A stretch of 64,000 nt of DNA from Podarcis pityusensis (lineage: Eukaryota): NCBI GenBank assembly GCA_964106645.2, contig OZ067044.1; one strand, written 5' to 3'. Both the position numbers and the translations under genes were made by a program. This document shows positions 27,308 through 41,289 of this stretch, in pieces. The notes below the pieces were generated by a model. That model was not told where the DNA came from, did not search any database, and saw only the letters and a program-made list of their open reading frames with translations. The stretch's first letter is position 1. Each line of letters opens with the position of its first letter.

Positions 27308-30300
27308 TGATGGGTTTACTTTAGACCTCAATTTTCACTGAGATGGTAAATGTGTGTCTGGACTATGCCACTTCGGACTAAAGGTGGGGGCTTTCATGAC
27401 AGTATACTCCTTCATACAACAACAGTCTTCTGCACATAGACAAAGCAGCATGTCAGGGAAAGTATCCTTCAGCTTCCTGCCAGCTAGCTTTCTATCTGGT
27501 GGATTTTACTATTATTTTGGATGGAGGAGCTCCCATCTGGAAACTGAAATGGTAGAGCCTTTACACACTAGTTTACCACCTCAGATTGCCAGGCCTTACC
27601 TTTCTATTAGATATGAAATACTGTATAACTAGATAACATTCCAATGGTTATTCATGAGCACTTACTGAAGTTTGACTATAGCAATGACAGTGATGAGAAA
27701 CATCTATCAAATGAGTTATCCATTTACCTACTATTCCCCTGCCCTTTACCCAAAACATTTTTTTGGTCTGAGTTCTAACTGAAGACTATTTGGGTTATCA
27801 GATTATACTTTTAGCCTCCATTCCCTCTAAATCTAATGGAGCTGCATTGTATTTTGTCAGTTAGACCATTTTTGTCCCCTTTCTCTAAATTAAAATAATG
27901 CAAATTTGTATCTTTAGGATTGCAACCTTAGTCAATATTAATGACTGACCACTGCCTTTTGGATAAAGACATCTGATTGGGGATGTAGTCATAGCATACT
28001 TACCTGTGAATAAAGATCTTTAAACACAGAGACTTGATTCCAGACATGCAGAGGACTGTGCTGTTTATCTTTTTTTGTGTGCACATACACCACTGACTTC
28101 TGATTTTAAAATTGGAATGTAAGCATACTGTTTTATCTTAACAAAATCCAGAAAACTTTTCCTGTTGATAGACACACTTACATCGAAGTTAAGTTTTAAT
28201 GTGATGGCTCCAAGTAAAGAGAAAAATGGTGCACTGGTAAGGAGAAAAAGAACTCCTTTAATAGGACCAACCAATGTGTGATGAAATTGTGATTTCCCCA
28301 GAAGTCTTTATCAGGCAAGGTATCCCCCAGAGCAAGGGATAATGGGTGCATGAGGAAATGAGGAAAAATAAAAAGGAGTACAAAAATTAGTCTGGATGTT
28401 GAATCAAGGTTATATTTTAGAGATTGTAGACTGCAGGAACACAGCCTGAAGCACTGCCCTTTAATTAATTAGTTAACAATTTTAAAAAGAAATGGAAAAC
28501 TTCTGTACATTTTTGTACGTATTCTTTTGGGACATGTGTGGAAAAGGTACTAGCTTTTTCATTTTCTTTGCAATTTTCCTTTAGGTGACATGACTCTGCT
28601 CAGCACTGCAGACTGGTTGTTAAATACTAATACACAGACCACTGCAGGTTTGTGTAGTAACGGTGAATGCACAGTTATTAGCATGCGTTTTAAGGTTTGC
28701 AAAATATTAAAAGGTTCTGACTGATTGTATCTTATCAAAACTGGAAATGCTGTGGTTTGCCCTCATTGATAAATAAGCAAAGTCATAACCCTTTATATGA
28801 TTTCCATAGGTAAACTCCCTTGAACACTACAGCTTCCAATTTGGCATGCATAGGGTTAGGGTATAAATATAGTTTTCAAGCAAAATGTTAGCACAAAAGC
28901 CAATTTCTAAATCGGTTGCTGTGAGGCGGGATAGGACTTTGCTTCACAATTACTTATATAGTAACTAAGGAATACACGAGAGCTGTTTTATCTCCTTAAA
29001 ATGAATTTGATGTTTTTTTGTGTTGGGATGTATTACTTACCCTTGTCCCTATTTGTTTTCCTTTTGTTTATCTGTTGGGGGGTAGAGGATAATAATGGTC
29101 TAGGACAGACAGTTGGATAGTAATAGTAACTTGGAGGCGGGCAAGAGAGTATAAACTATTAAAAGGAAATCTTACTTTAAATAAAAGTATTTTGAAAAAT
29201 CATAGGATTGATGGAGATGCTGTTAGTGTTTGGTTTCCACGTGCTTCTCTTGAAATTAATGTACATAATGTGTAATCTGCTTGTTTGCTGCATGTGAGAT
29301 AGAAAGATGTCACTGAATAGTCAGGTGGTCAACGTCTGATGGTAGAATGGATCAGATTCTAATGTGAACTCTGATGTCACTCCTATGGCAATCTTAATCC
29401 TGTTACAGTATGTGTTTTAAATTAATTCTGAAGTAAAGTTAAGTTTTATGTCATTATAGACAGGTCAAGCTGCTTTCACTTATTTTTTTTTTTAAATGTA
29501 CTAAATAAAACAGCTCTGTCCAAACCCCTTTAATTCCTTTCAAATGTGCTGCAGGAGGATGTGGTTGATAGATATCTATCTGTTAGTAGCTAATATTTTT
29601 CACTTCACACTTAGTGGTTAACCTTTTACGGCAAGAAATTGGGAAGTAGATGGGTGCCAGTGGTCTGGTATAATCAAAGTTTAGTGTTGATTCCTGCAGC
29701 ATTAGTTCAAGAATGAACTAAATTATAGAAACTCCTTGTTGCAGTATGTGGAAAATGTTACTTTCTTAACATGATCCTCAACATATTTCTGCAGAAGGGC
29801 ATCAGGATGTGAAAGTATTTACTTCAGCATTAAGTATAGTTGCGACTGAAGTTTATTCATTTAGTTGTTTAACAGAGACTTAGCCATTCTTGCAATAAAT
29901 CAGTTATAGAAATAGTTGTATGCCACATCTAATGGGCCATAAATTCATGTTAGGAATATACGAAATTTTAGTTTTCATCTCTCGCAAGCCTTGCTCTGAG
30001 CCAAGTTGGAAAACAGTAGCTTATACCTGATACGGGGGAAAATAATAATTGGTAGTTGGTGGAACTGCATAAGTGCTTCCCAAGAAATAACTTTTGTGGA
30101 TAATGAATGAGAACAGAATTTACGAATACAAGATGGGATGTCATGATTGGCACAAAAAGCCTTGATTGTTCAACCAGATAGTGGGCATTCCGGCAACAGT
30201 CTATCAATATAGAACTACCTAGTGCAAGATGTGAATACTGAAGGGAATAAGCAAATTTGAGTTTAAATCAAACTGCTAATGGCATGAAGTGCCATTTTAG

Positions 30301-30674
30301 GATGTAAGTAGCCATGATTCTCAGAATAAGAAAGGAGAACCATTTCCTCAATTGCTTTCTAGACTACGGCCAGCAAACATAGTACACTCAATACATGTTG
30401 GACTACAATGCCCATCAGCCCTTACCAGCTTCTATCTGATCAAAAAAATGTATGCTACATTCACTTCGCAGTTAAGCTGAGGTGTGTACATTTGAGACAG
30501 GAGATGCATATGCATAGACGAGAGTTTCATGAATAGGAGTTAGGAGGATGCAGATGCATGGAAACAAAACAGGTAATGCACATTGGTTGAAAATATCCCT
30601 GCCTCCTCTCTGGTGTGTACAGCAATCTGCAAGTGTGACTTGAAATTTGAAATGTGACTTAAGCAAATGTGATG

Positions 30675-30796
30675 TTTAAGCAGAGGTTGGATGGCCATCT
30701 GTTATGGATGCTTTAGCTGAGATTCCGTCATTGCAGGGGGTTGCGCTAGACGACCTTCGTGGTCCCTTCCAACTCTGCGATTCTGTAATTCTATGA
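30675..30796 (+). mobile_element. CR1 LINE 3' end
   Basis: TTTAAGCAGAGGTTGGATGGCCATCTG...GGTCCCTTCCAACTCTGCGATTCTGTAATTCTATGA. Confidence 0.88.
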
Positions 30797-33636
30797 AACA
30801 CAATTAGGAAGAACAACCTCGCTGAATGATGGGTGTTGTAGTACATAATGTCTGCAGTGCACCTGGTCTGTTATACCTGCTACAGAATATATATATTCTT
30901 TTGCATATATATACTGTGCTAAAGTTGTCAGTTGGTTTTAATACTGTGGTAGACTAGCTGATATTAAAAGTTCTGTTTGGCTTGTTTTAATAGAAAATGG
31001 ATAACTGTATGTGGCTGTTGTATGTGCTGTTATGGAATGTGTTATGTGATTTATATTTACGTGTGTACTGCTTCATTGCAATTACTTCTTTTATTGTATG
31101 CCTGCTTGTGTAGTGTTATTGTGAGAAATATTGTGCAATGTTGTATTGGACATAGATACCTTTTACAGGAAAGGTACACTGTACTCCTTAGCCCAATATC
31201 CCCTTGAGCAATAGGTACAGCTCGCAAGATGAATCCATTTTGTGAAAGGGATCCTGCTGTAGGGCAGGCAGTTTGGACTTGATAACCCACTGAACTTTAG
31301 AACCTAACACACACAATATATTATTCTGATGCCAGCAGATCTTTTGGGGAGTGGCTGTGTGTAGGTGGGTGCTTTGTAAGAATTAATGTATTTTAGGTGG
31401 TAGAATACTAACACCCTGGCAATAAATGCAGTGGGTGAAATCCAAGAGCTATGGGGGCAGTTTCTATGCATTCTAAGTTGCAGCTTCTAAGTTTGAATCA
31501 GTTTATGATACTTCTGCCTATTGAATCAGTTTATGATACCCAAAACACTTTTTATGGAAGTCAGGGACTTTTTGGGGTGGCCTCTGACGCAATATGTGCT
31601 TGGAAGAGGAGACAACAAGTATTTGATCTTTATATCTTTTCACATCCCACATTGGGACAGCTGACCTAAAAGCCATTTTTGCAACAAACTCTGGCAATAC
31701 ATGTGGGAAAGTTGTTCTTTAGATCTGAAAGGAATATGGTTTGCATTTTCTGAATGAGTCATTTTATAGGCAAGACATATCTCAAGTTTTATGTTTCATT
31801 TATTGGACTGAAGGTGCAAGGTGTTAGATTCTACTGTGTATCTTAAGGAAAGAGGAAGGATAGTATTTGTTTTTATTGCAGGAATTAGGCTTTTTGTAAT
31901 ATTGTTTTAAAAAACAATAAAACAGCTTATTAAACATGTGTATCATACATCTTTCTTTCCCCCTTTTTCTAATTGAAAGAGCAATCCAGTGCAGTGTTTG
32001 CACAAACTGTCCACAGTTAAATCATATAGCAATATCTTGTTCTTTGAAAGCATTACTTGTGAAGGTGCATCTATTTTATTGTATTTTTACACTGTCATGA
32101 CATTTTATACAGGAATTCATAAAAAAGAATACCTGTTGCTATATAATATCTGGAAAAGATACAGAGATATAAATGGGGGGATCAGAATTGTTACCTCCTT
32201 TAAAATCTAAGGCATTTTTGGAAGAGATGCATTTTTTTCTCAGAATGGATCAAGGAAAAGTTATATGTGTTGCCACTGTTCATTGATACCAAAGTTCTTG
32301 ATACCACATCCCTTGAAAGTTGGTTAGACAAATAGATTAAGAACCCTTAAATTTTTAATTTGTGGAATTAATTTCTGCATTCTCAGAGTGTGTGCAGATA
32401 TAAACAACGAGCATACAAACCTTTATGGCAAAGTTACTCAAGCATTTTCAGCTTGGGCTCTGACTTCAAAACTTACTCTTCTTTTGGAGCCCACGCTCTA
32501 CATAAATAATATTTTACGCAGATGAGCATACAGACACCTTTGCATGCAATCACAGCACTTTCATTATGGAAAGGCTAGAACGAGATTTTGTATCTCTTGC
32601 TCCACTCCACTTGCTCCAGTAACATGTGCAGCAATTTAACAGGAGATGCTGTATGTTCAAATATCAGAACCCTCATTTTCAAATCACAATGGGATGGTGA
32701 GGAAGGTGCTGTCACCTCACAAATCCAGTGTTGATCAATAAGGGTCCTTGCCAGGTCCTAGAGAGGAAGAAAGGCAGCGCCTACTAAAGGTCCTATCCGT
32801 CCCTATAACTTGGTCCATTCTCACATCTGAATGGGCTTTGACCTATAAATATTGAAAATAGAATAATAATAAAATATAAGGCTGGATTCAGCTACCCTGT
32901 TCCACTAGTAGAAGCCAGCTTGAGGACCCCTGCTAGTGTAAAGGGGCTTTCTGTTCTTCCCCCCTATGACTCTCACCCCCCCCCAAAAAAAATCCACTCT
33001 AAGAGGTCAGAAGACTTCCCCACCTCGACCAAGGTACAAGGGACAGAGGGGAAGTCATTTCATCAAGCAAGCAGAAATGACAGAACAATTTCTTCATTGC
33101 TCTGTTGAATTCCACCCACATACTTTAACAGATGCTTATTGCAATGGTTTTATGTGGACTTTTAAAGTGTTATCTAACATGGGGCATTTGAATGAGGTAA
33201 TTGAAAATTCTAATAAATAAATTAAGAGTGCTATGAATGTCCAAGAAAAATAATATGTTCACTGAATATCACATGCACACACATTCTGGCTCAGTATTAT
33301 TATTATTTTAATACATGCTAGTGTGAAGTTGTCCATTAGCAAACCTTACAGTATAAGAAGGAATGGGAAATTATGGAGTATTCATGGACAGGAAGAAATT
33401 TCAGGTGAAATTTAGGGATACTTAGTGCTGTTCGGAGGCTGAGCCTGCTCTGACGTACTGTCGCTGCATGCAACAGGGAGAATGCAACAGGGCATGCAAA
33501 AGGAAGATGCTTAATTGTGATGGGTGACAAAAACGTCTTCCAATTTTTCAATATATTTTTGCTTAAACTTCAATAAGTCAAACAAATTTAACAATTAATG
33601 TATTTATTTTTAGTAAAACAACAGCAAAAGACTAAG

Positions 33637-33724
33637 GGTGGTGTCCAGTGTTAGTCATACTCAGAGTAGACTCAGTAAATCAATAACTGGCCCACTGAGT
33701 ATGACTAATGTTGGATACCAGCCC
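33637..33724. mobile_element. Palindromic MITE (Harbinger-like, GGG...CCC termini)
   Basis: GGGTGGTGTCCAGTGTTAGTCATACTCAG is inverted-complementary to CTGAGTATGACTAATGTTGGATACCAGCCC. Related copy at about 45424-45541. Confidence 0.7.
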
Positions 33725-35084
33725 AACAATTTTATTGTGGCTAAATGTTTGTGGGTCAGAATCCTTTTCATTGTATCTGAATTCATTAGGCTTAATAGTA
33801 CCACAAAATTTCTTGCTATTTTTGATACAGCCAACTAACATAGCTGTTCCTGAAGTTTATTTTCAGTGAATATCATCAATAGTAAATCTATTTGGAAAAT
33901 TGAATAAAGACAATAAATATGATATTTAGGTCTGCAATTGTATTTCTTTTAGTAGTAATTTCCATGAATGCAAAGATCTATCTGCATAAACTGTTCATTG
34001 TGCATAGGACTACAATGCATTTGTGCTGTCAGATATTGTAGTACTTCAGTGGTCTGTGGGTCTCCTCAGATTTGTGTGGTCGTACATGCAGCCAATTTAC
34101 TGCTGCGTCAGCCACTGTTAGTTCAGCATCACTGTAATGAGAATAATAAGGGAGTAATGCAGCAATGTATTCTGAAGTAGCAAAAAAACCCACTTGTGCC
34201 TGTATAAAGCTGTAGGAAGAATGGGATCATCATAGGCTATGTTTGTAGTCCACAAGCCTTTCATGCTGAGTGGTCCTGTTGTGGTTAGACATAGTACTAC
34301 ATAATAAGTGTTTGGGTTGATATGCATTTAGAAACCTTAACTCATTTATTTTGAGTAACCTTGTCATGTCATACTAACGGATGATGCATGCAGCCTTCAT
34401 CATACACCTAAGCATTTTCCCCAGCAATCCATGTGGAGCTGTTATGTATAGTGAAGGCAGGGGTCTTGCTTTATCTTAAATTATTTCCAACTGAGAGCTG
34501 GCATTAGGAACATCTCATCAGTACTCACTAGCCTTCAAGTTGCACTGATTTAAAACAAGAGGGATTACTATGAAATCCTATACATGCCACTCAGAAGTAA
34601 GTCCTATTGAATCCAATATGGATTACTCCTGGGTAAGCAGGTATAGAATGACATCTTTAAATAAACAAAATGAATTATTTAATAATTTACTTAAATCAAG
34701 TTGTTCAGTAAGTTACTCATGTATTTTCTGAACAAGAGCTTATAGTAAATGGCTGATGAAACAAAACATATTTAGTTGGCATATTTAGTTGGATCACTGG
34801 GATCACTGGGGAGTGGAGGCTTTAATGCCTTCTAATGATCCTGATGCAGCCAAGATCACTGTCTGCAATGGCAAAAGCAAAATGAAAACAGTGGCATGGA
34901 TAGTTCTGGGATTTCTGGAGGGAGGTACACTACCCTGCAATTTTGCACTAGTAGCATTGGGACAGTAATCTTTTGATCACTGGGATCTCCTTTATATATT
35001 CCCACTCACCCACTCCAGTCTGTGGGACTAGCACTGTTACAGGTGCCATAAAATGCTTGTTCTTCAATTGTAATAAATCAATCT

Positions 35085-35345
35085 TTTAGTGTGGTTCCCT
35101 GCTGTATAGAGGAACTCCCCGCCTGTAGACATATGGCAGGTGCCTGCTTAAAACCTTTTTGTTTAGGCAAGCTAATCTAGACATGCAGAAGGTACTTAGG
35201 TTTTAATCTGTTTTTAGCTGATTGTTGATTATAATCAGTGTTTGAATTTTTTAATACCTGTTTTTAACTGTCTTTTTGTTGATATTTTAAATGTTTTGTT
35301 TTGTAAACTGCTTCGAGGTTTTATTACAATCAAGCAGCTATGGAA
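35085..35345 (+). mobile_element. Degenerate L2 3' fragment
   Basis: TTTTAGTGTGGTTCCCT...GGAACTCCC motif, T-rich 3'UTR, TGTAAACTGCTTCGAGG terminus. Confidence 0.55.
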
Positions 35346-35485
35346 AGTGATTGTTTTTCTTTGCCATCCAGTTGCTGCCCAATGAGCTGGAGGGAGTTAA
35401 TAGGGCTCCCCGGGAACTTGGCAGGCTGTACAGAGAACAGCCAAGAGCTGCTTGCAGCCTATGGGTTACTGTGTGTTTTATCTTA

Positions 35486-35815
35486 CTGCTGCTGCTGCTG
35501 TTGTTGTTGTTGTTGTTGTTGTTTAGTCGTTTAGTCATGTCCGACTCTTCGTGACCCCGTGGACCAGAGCACGCCAGGCACACCTGTCTTCCACTGCCTC
35601 CCGCAGCTTGGTCAAACTCATGTTGGTAGCTTCGAGAACACTGTCCAACCATCTCGTCCTCTGTAGTCCCCTTCTCCTTGTGACCTCAATCTTTCCCAAC
35701 ATCAGGGTCTTTTCCAGGGAGTCTTCTCTTCTCATGAGGTGGCCAAAGTATTGGAGCCTAAGCTTCAGAATCTGTCCTTCCAGTGAGCACTCAGAGCTGA
35801 TATCCTTCAGAATGG

Positions 35816-35850
<35 letters not shown>

Positions 35851-36669
35851 CTTTATTATTTATACCCCACCCATCTGGCTGGGTTTCCCCAGCCACTCTG
35901 GCGGCTTCCAACCGAATATTAAAAACAATGTAGCATCAAACAAATAATAATAATTTGATTTTCTTGCAGTCCATTGGACTCTCAAGAGCCTCCTCCAAGA
36001 CCATAATTCAAATGCATCAATTCTTCGGCGATCAGCCTTCTTTATAGTCCGGCTCTCACTTCCATACATCACTACTGGGAAAACCATAGCTTTAACTTTA
36101 CAGACCTTTGTCGGCAAGGTGATGTCTCTGCTTTTTAAGATGCTGTCTAGGTTTGTCATTGCTTTTCTTCCAAGAAGCAGGCGTCTTTTAATTTCGTGAC
36201 TGCTGTTACCATCTGCAGTGATAATGGAGCCGAAGAAAGTAAAATCTCTCACTGCCTCCATTTCTTCTCCTTCTATTTGCCAGGAGGTGATGGGACCAGT
36301 GGCCATGATCTTAGTTTTTTTGATGTTGAGCTTCAGGCCATATTTTGCGCTCTCTTCTTTTACCCTCATTAAAAGGTTTTTTAATTCCTCCTCACTTTCT
36401 GCCATCAAAGTTGTGCCATCTGCATGTCTGAGGTTGTTATTTTTCTTCCTTCAGTTTTAATTCCGGCTTGGGATTCATCCATTCCAGCCTTTCGGATGAT
36501 GAATTCTGCATATAAGTTAAATAAGCAGGGAAACAATATACAGCCTTGTCATACTCCTTTCCCAATTTTGAACCAAACAGTTGTTCTTTATCCAGTTCTA
36601 TCTGTAGCTTCTTGTCCCACATAGAGATTTCTCAGGAGACAGATGAGGTGATCAGGCACTCCCATTTCT
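35486..36669 (-). mobile_element. 5'-truncated BovB (RTE) LINE, about 1 kb, inactive and interrupted
   Basis: ORFs 35860-36408 and 35535-35735 give MAESEEELKNLLMRVKEESAKYGLKLNIKKTKIM and EKTLMLGKIE...RWLDSV, characteristic of BovB. (CAA)n/(CAG)n tail at 35486-35523. YADD is degraded to HADG at 36415-36426. Confidence 0.95.
35819..35953 (-). mobile_element. L2-type 3' end nested inside BovB
   Basis: Reverse complement closely matches 4925-5030; (AAT)n tail at 35816-35850. BovB sequence resumes at TTTGATTTTCTTGCAGTCC (35954). Confidence 0.8.
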
Positions 36670-37232
36670 ACCATTTTACTAGGAACATCTAAAACTCCTA
36701 GTCATGACACTTCCATTTGCAGTAAAATACAAGGATACTGAGCAAGAGCACTTATTATTTTTGTTGTTTGTTGCTTGTTACCTGGATGTCTGCAAGCGAC
36801 TTACAGCATTTACTTGGGGAAAGGCTGTGCCTGAATAGAGATGAATGACTTCTTCCACCACCACCAGATCATGTCAGGTTGGCTCAAAAATAGGTGAAAA
36901 ATCAGGAAAAAGCTTATGTCTGATCTAATCTGATTTCAGAAATAAGCCAGCCTCCCTCCCTGAAACTCTCCTCTCTCTCATGGATTCTTTCTCCCTCCCA
37001 TCCTCTGATCCCACAAATTCATTCTCTCCCTCTCTTCAACCCCACTTATCAGACATGGTGATTGTCTGGTGAAAAGAAATTGCATATAATTTAATTTATC
37101 ACTGAACAGCAAAAAAAAGTGTAGGCTATTAAGGGCAAAAGTGTAGGCTATTAAGGGGACCTATCTGCTGAGCTGGTGGGGAAGGTTTATTTTTTAGAGG
37201 TTTGGGGGGATGGAAATATAATTATGTGATAC

Positions 37233-37380
37233 AGCACAGACTTTGTATGCAGAACTGTGGTAGGACTGGCATCTCCAGATAGGGCTGGAAAAGACTCTTG
37301 TCAAAGCCCACAGAGAGGTTATGCCAGTCATTGTAGACCATACAAAGTCAATGGCCTGACTTTGTAAAAAGCAGCAACTT
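37233..37380 (+). mobile_element. Degenerate Squam3-like SINE
   Basis: TTTGTATGCAGAA...GGCATCTCCAGATAGGGCTGGAAAAGACTC...GCCAGTCATTGTAGAC. Confidence 0.6.
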
Positions 37381-40245
37381 ACTATATACTGTATAAGTCA
37401 ACTGAAGGTATTGGTCTCAATATCATTTGAAATGGCTATCTCATGGGTGTTCCTGTTTTATTGTGGATGTACAGCATTCTTCAATGTGTTCTTGGCACAA
37501 TAATAGTGGTGAATTTATTCCTCTTTAGTTTCTTTTGAGGTGCTTTCACAATGCTATCATATTATTGCTGTTCGAAGTGGCTATAGCACAAAAAAGTAGG
37601 ACTGAAATAACGAAAAACATTTGTGGTACATAAAGTTAAAGGATTCCAGTAGGAAGTTAGTACTGAAATCAGGCTTGCGTGTAACTGCCCCAATAGCATC
37701 ATGAGCATGGCTTATCATGATGCGTGATAAAAAGGACATCTGGAGGGGCCCTGGGTAGTTGTTTTTCTCATGGAAGGTGGATAGGAAGAGATATCTAGAA
37801 TTTGACACACTTGCAACCCTTTCTCATGGCATAGCCTTGGTCTCCTTTTCTGCTCACTTTCCTCAAATGCAATGGTACACAGCAGGAAGAAGGATGTGTG
37901 TATTTCTCCTCCTATATTCCCATATTTCCAGTTCTCTCTTCCCCACTGCCCCAGCTCCACTCACTAGCCTCCACCCTTCTTTCAAAAGGAAGTATAATCA
38001 GGCTTCTTTGTCAACATGAACCATGAGAATCTATTTTAATTGGTAGTGCTTTAATTGGATAACCGAGGGCAAATGAGACATGGTACTAGATGTGTCATTA
38101 GCAATTATGTGTGTGCTTGTGTGTTTAAGTTAATAGGTACATGTGGGCCCAGTTTTCATTGGGACCACAGTGTGTGGTGGAGTGCAATTTGGCCAAAAAT
38201 GCTATCTAAGCTGCTCTTAGGAAGGAAAGTTCCCATTGTCAAAGGGAAATTTTCATTGATTTCACAGCAGGAAGAAAAGGTTAACCCTTATCTCCCCATG
38301 CACAGCTGCTGTGATGAAAATAATATACACACCTGCTGTTTAAGGTTTTTGTTTTTTCCTTAAGGGGGTGTGCTAATGATGTGTATAGCCATTAGTCATC
38401 TAATTTGGTCCTAATATCTGCTAAGAACCAAGTTCAGATGTTATTTCTGAAAACCTAGTTATGGATGTATGCACATGGGCCATATTCATGAATGGAGAGA
38501 AAGCATGTGCACAGCTTGAGCTGCTTTGAAGTTTTTTACTGCAGCTAGATCACTAAAAAGAATTGGCAAGCTATTTTCCATTTAAAACAATCTGCTTGCT
38601 CAGATGGGTACATTGCAACGATCAATGCTGATGTGCTCCATGTCATGCCTTTCAGCTAAATCTACTCTTTTCTGTTCACATACATGGGCAAATGATTTGG
38701 GGTGGTCCAATGTCTTTTCCTTGAAGTGTCATTGTATGTAGCAGAACTTGCATGTCATTCTTTTGAAACTGAAGCACTTTGTTGTCTTCAGTGTTCCTAA
38801 ATGCTTAACTTCAGAGCATATGGTGGCTGAAGAACTCCTTTTTCATGCTGATGGGCATGAACACTAGGACACTGCATACATGTGCAATATTGTATCAACC
38901 CCTGAGAACTATAGTTTGGTTAAACCTGGCGTGACTCAACGCCACAGCACCATCCATTGCAGAGAGATCCTCCTGTAAGCAAACACATTTGAGAGCAAAA
39001 AGCGTTTTGAATCTGGATGGGGCACAACAAACAAGCATAAAATATTTCCATTAAACAATCAGGATAATTGGTTGAATTGGTAGAGGAGATGTGCATCAAA
39101 GGGTTAATCTGACCATGTGTTTCACAGCAACCTGTGAGATTCATCAGATGTCAATGGCTAACTGGGGGGGGGGGGACTTCTGCAGATGCAGTTACCAAGT
39201 AGCAGAGTATGCAGTCATGTAATTTCACAGCAATGAACGAGAGAGGTTAGCTCTAAAAATAACCTATACAAATTCACCCACAAAGCACAGCTGGGTTGGG
39301 GTACCTGGTTTGTTGAATGCTAACTGAGCATGCACAACATAGTTTAACATTCTGAGTTAACTTTTCAGGGATATGATATACAATTTGTAACACAGTCAAG
39401 CATTACAGGCTGGACAAGTCAGTTTATAAAACCAAGTATTGAGCATTTCAGTGCCATCCCTATTGAAGAACCAAATGTAATGTGACTTTAACTTTGTATT
39501 TTCCAGCCTTCTGTAGTATGAATATTTAATTATTATTAAGAAAGTAATGTTCACTTAAAGATTATGGGGAATTACTCTCTTAGATAACAGTATTACTTAA
39601 ATAATAGTATCCTGTGATTCTTCATGTCAAGGATGTAGAATCTCTGACCTTTCACAAGATGAATTCCAATTCCGTAAGCCCCACCCAGCAAAGTTAATGG
39701 TCAAGGATGATGGCAGCTGTAGCCCAACAACGCATCCCAGCTTTGCCTTCTTTCAGGAATTAGGAGTTGAGTGCCAGGCAGGCAGAATATGCTTTAAGTG
39801 GGTACACCTACACCCATACATGCTCCAGGGACTTCTTGATTGGCCATATTAGTGAAAGTAAAATAGATTATCTCCACCTGCTAGGCTTCTTTTCATGCTC
39901 CATAAATTTAGAGGAACCTCCTCATCCCTCCCAAAGTCTTTCCTACCTGCATTTTCCATGGATCAGGATAGGGAATTTTCAACCTTTGTGACAACTGTGA
40001 TTAAGCAGTATAGCTAAATAAAAATAAATAAAAAATGAGATGCTCAGTATAGTAATTTACCTGAGCACTGGAATGCTAAAGACATCTGCACATCTCAGTC
40101 TCATCATAGCCATGCTTTTCCCGCAGTTCTGCAAATTGTATTCCAGTGGAAAATAGAGGGCACACTTTGTTATCAGAAGCTGTAATAGTTCTGCATTTTA
40201 TGAGTGAATCTAATGGGTGATTAAAATTATAGGAATATAATAGGA

Positions 40246-40307
40246 GCGTGCTCTGGTCCATGGGGTCACGAAGAGTCGGACACGACTAAACGACTAAACA
40301 ACAACAA
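40246..40307 (+). mobile_element. Extremely truncated BovB 3' end (~60 bp)
   Basis: GCGTGCTCTGGTCCATGGGGTCACGAAGAGTCGGACACGACTAAACGACTAAACAACAACA, nearly identical to the reverse complement of about 35515-35574. Confidence 0.9.
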
Positions 40308-41169
40308 ATGTTACCTAGAAAAGAAACATATGTTAAATGTTATTTACCTAGTATTTAAAATTAGGTTAATTTTTGCTGTAGTAATCTTTCAGTAATCAAT
40401 TTTGGGGTTTATTGTAAAGATTGGCTAAATGGCTAATGCATTTTGAAGTTTGAATTTGTACTTTTCTTCCAAAAGCCCATGACCTATTTCTTCCCAAAGC
40501 TTTGACCTATAGTGTGTCAACAGCACACAAAATATGAGTGATATACTAGCTGCTGTAGGAAGGACTGGATGGAACTCATAGAGCCAAGAGCAGGGGGAAA
40601 TTCTTCAGAGAAGTATCAGAATATAAATATGGTTTTGGAAGAAGAAACAATTGGCAGTACAGGAAAAATGTATTCAAGGCTGGACCAAATTCCAGCATTG
40701 CTTGAGTAGAGTTTCAGCTTACTTGGATAGTGTGGTTTCTAAAATGTGGTAGAAGTGGTTTTAAGCACATTCACTGCATTCTGAGGCATTTGTTTCAGAA
40801 AAGAGGGTGTACGTCAAAACTCTTCTTTTCCACACTTAAAATATCTATTTGTTTTTAAGTTTGGAGCTCCTTCGGGAGTGTATTTTACTGCCAGATTTGG
40901 GGATCCTCCAAAACTCTTACACCTGCAGTAGGTTACAATGCAGAATTGCTTATCTGCACTTTGGCAATGTTTTAATATAATGTGTGGGTATGGAGCAATC
41001 TGAGAAGGCGAAGCCCTTACAGCATAGCTGCTGTGTATGCCCTGCTGAGTGCTATTTTCTTCCTGATGGCCTTGGTGGTCTTTTGCGCATATCAGGCCTT
41101 ATGAAAAAAATAGGGTGAACTGACTGTATGAAAACCCAGTTTCATCTTTGCAGACTCTAGTGTGCAAAC

Positions 41170-41289
41170 TTCTAGTGTCATTCCCAGTAGTCTACAACTC
41201 CTATCATCCCAAACTATCAGGACCAGGGATCAAGGATGATGGGAATTGAAGTCCAAAAACAACTGGAGATCCAAGTTTGGGAAACACTG
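41170..41289. mobile_element. hAT-type MITE related to 9673-9795
   Basis: CTACAACTCCTATCATCC / GGATGATGGGAATTGAAGTCC inverted repeat; ends GGGAAACACTG. Confidence 0.65.

Noticed and set aside
31493-31539. 19-bp direct repeat TTGAATCAGTTTATGATAC with a 9-bp spacer; similar small duplications at 37115-37157, about 21909-21981 and 34767-34810
   Set aside because: Only two units each in vertebrate intron DNA; ordinary local duplications, not CRISPR or a satellite.
35860-36408. 182-aa ORF as an antisense nested gene or active reverse transcriptase
   Set aside because: Truncated BovB fragment with a broken YADD motif, a frameshift and an insertion-derived C-terminus.
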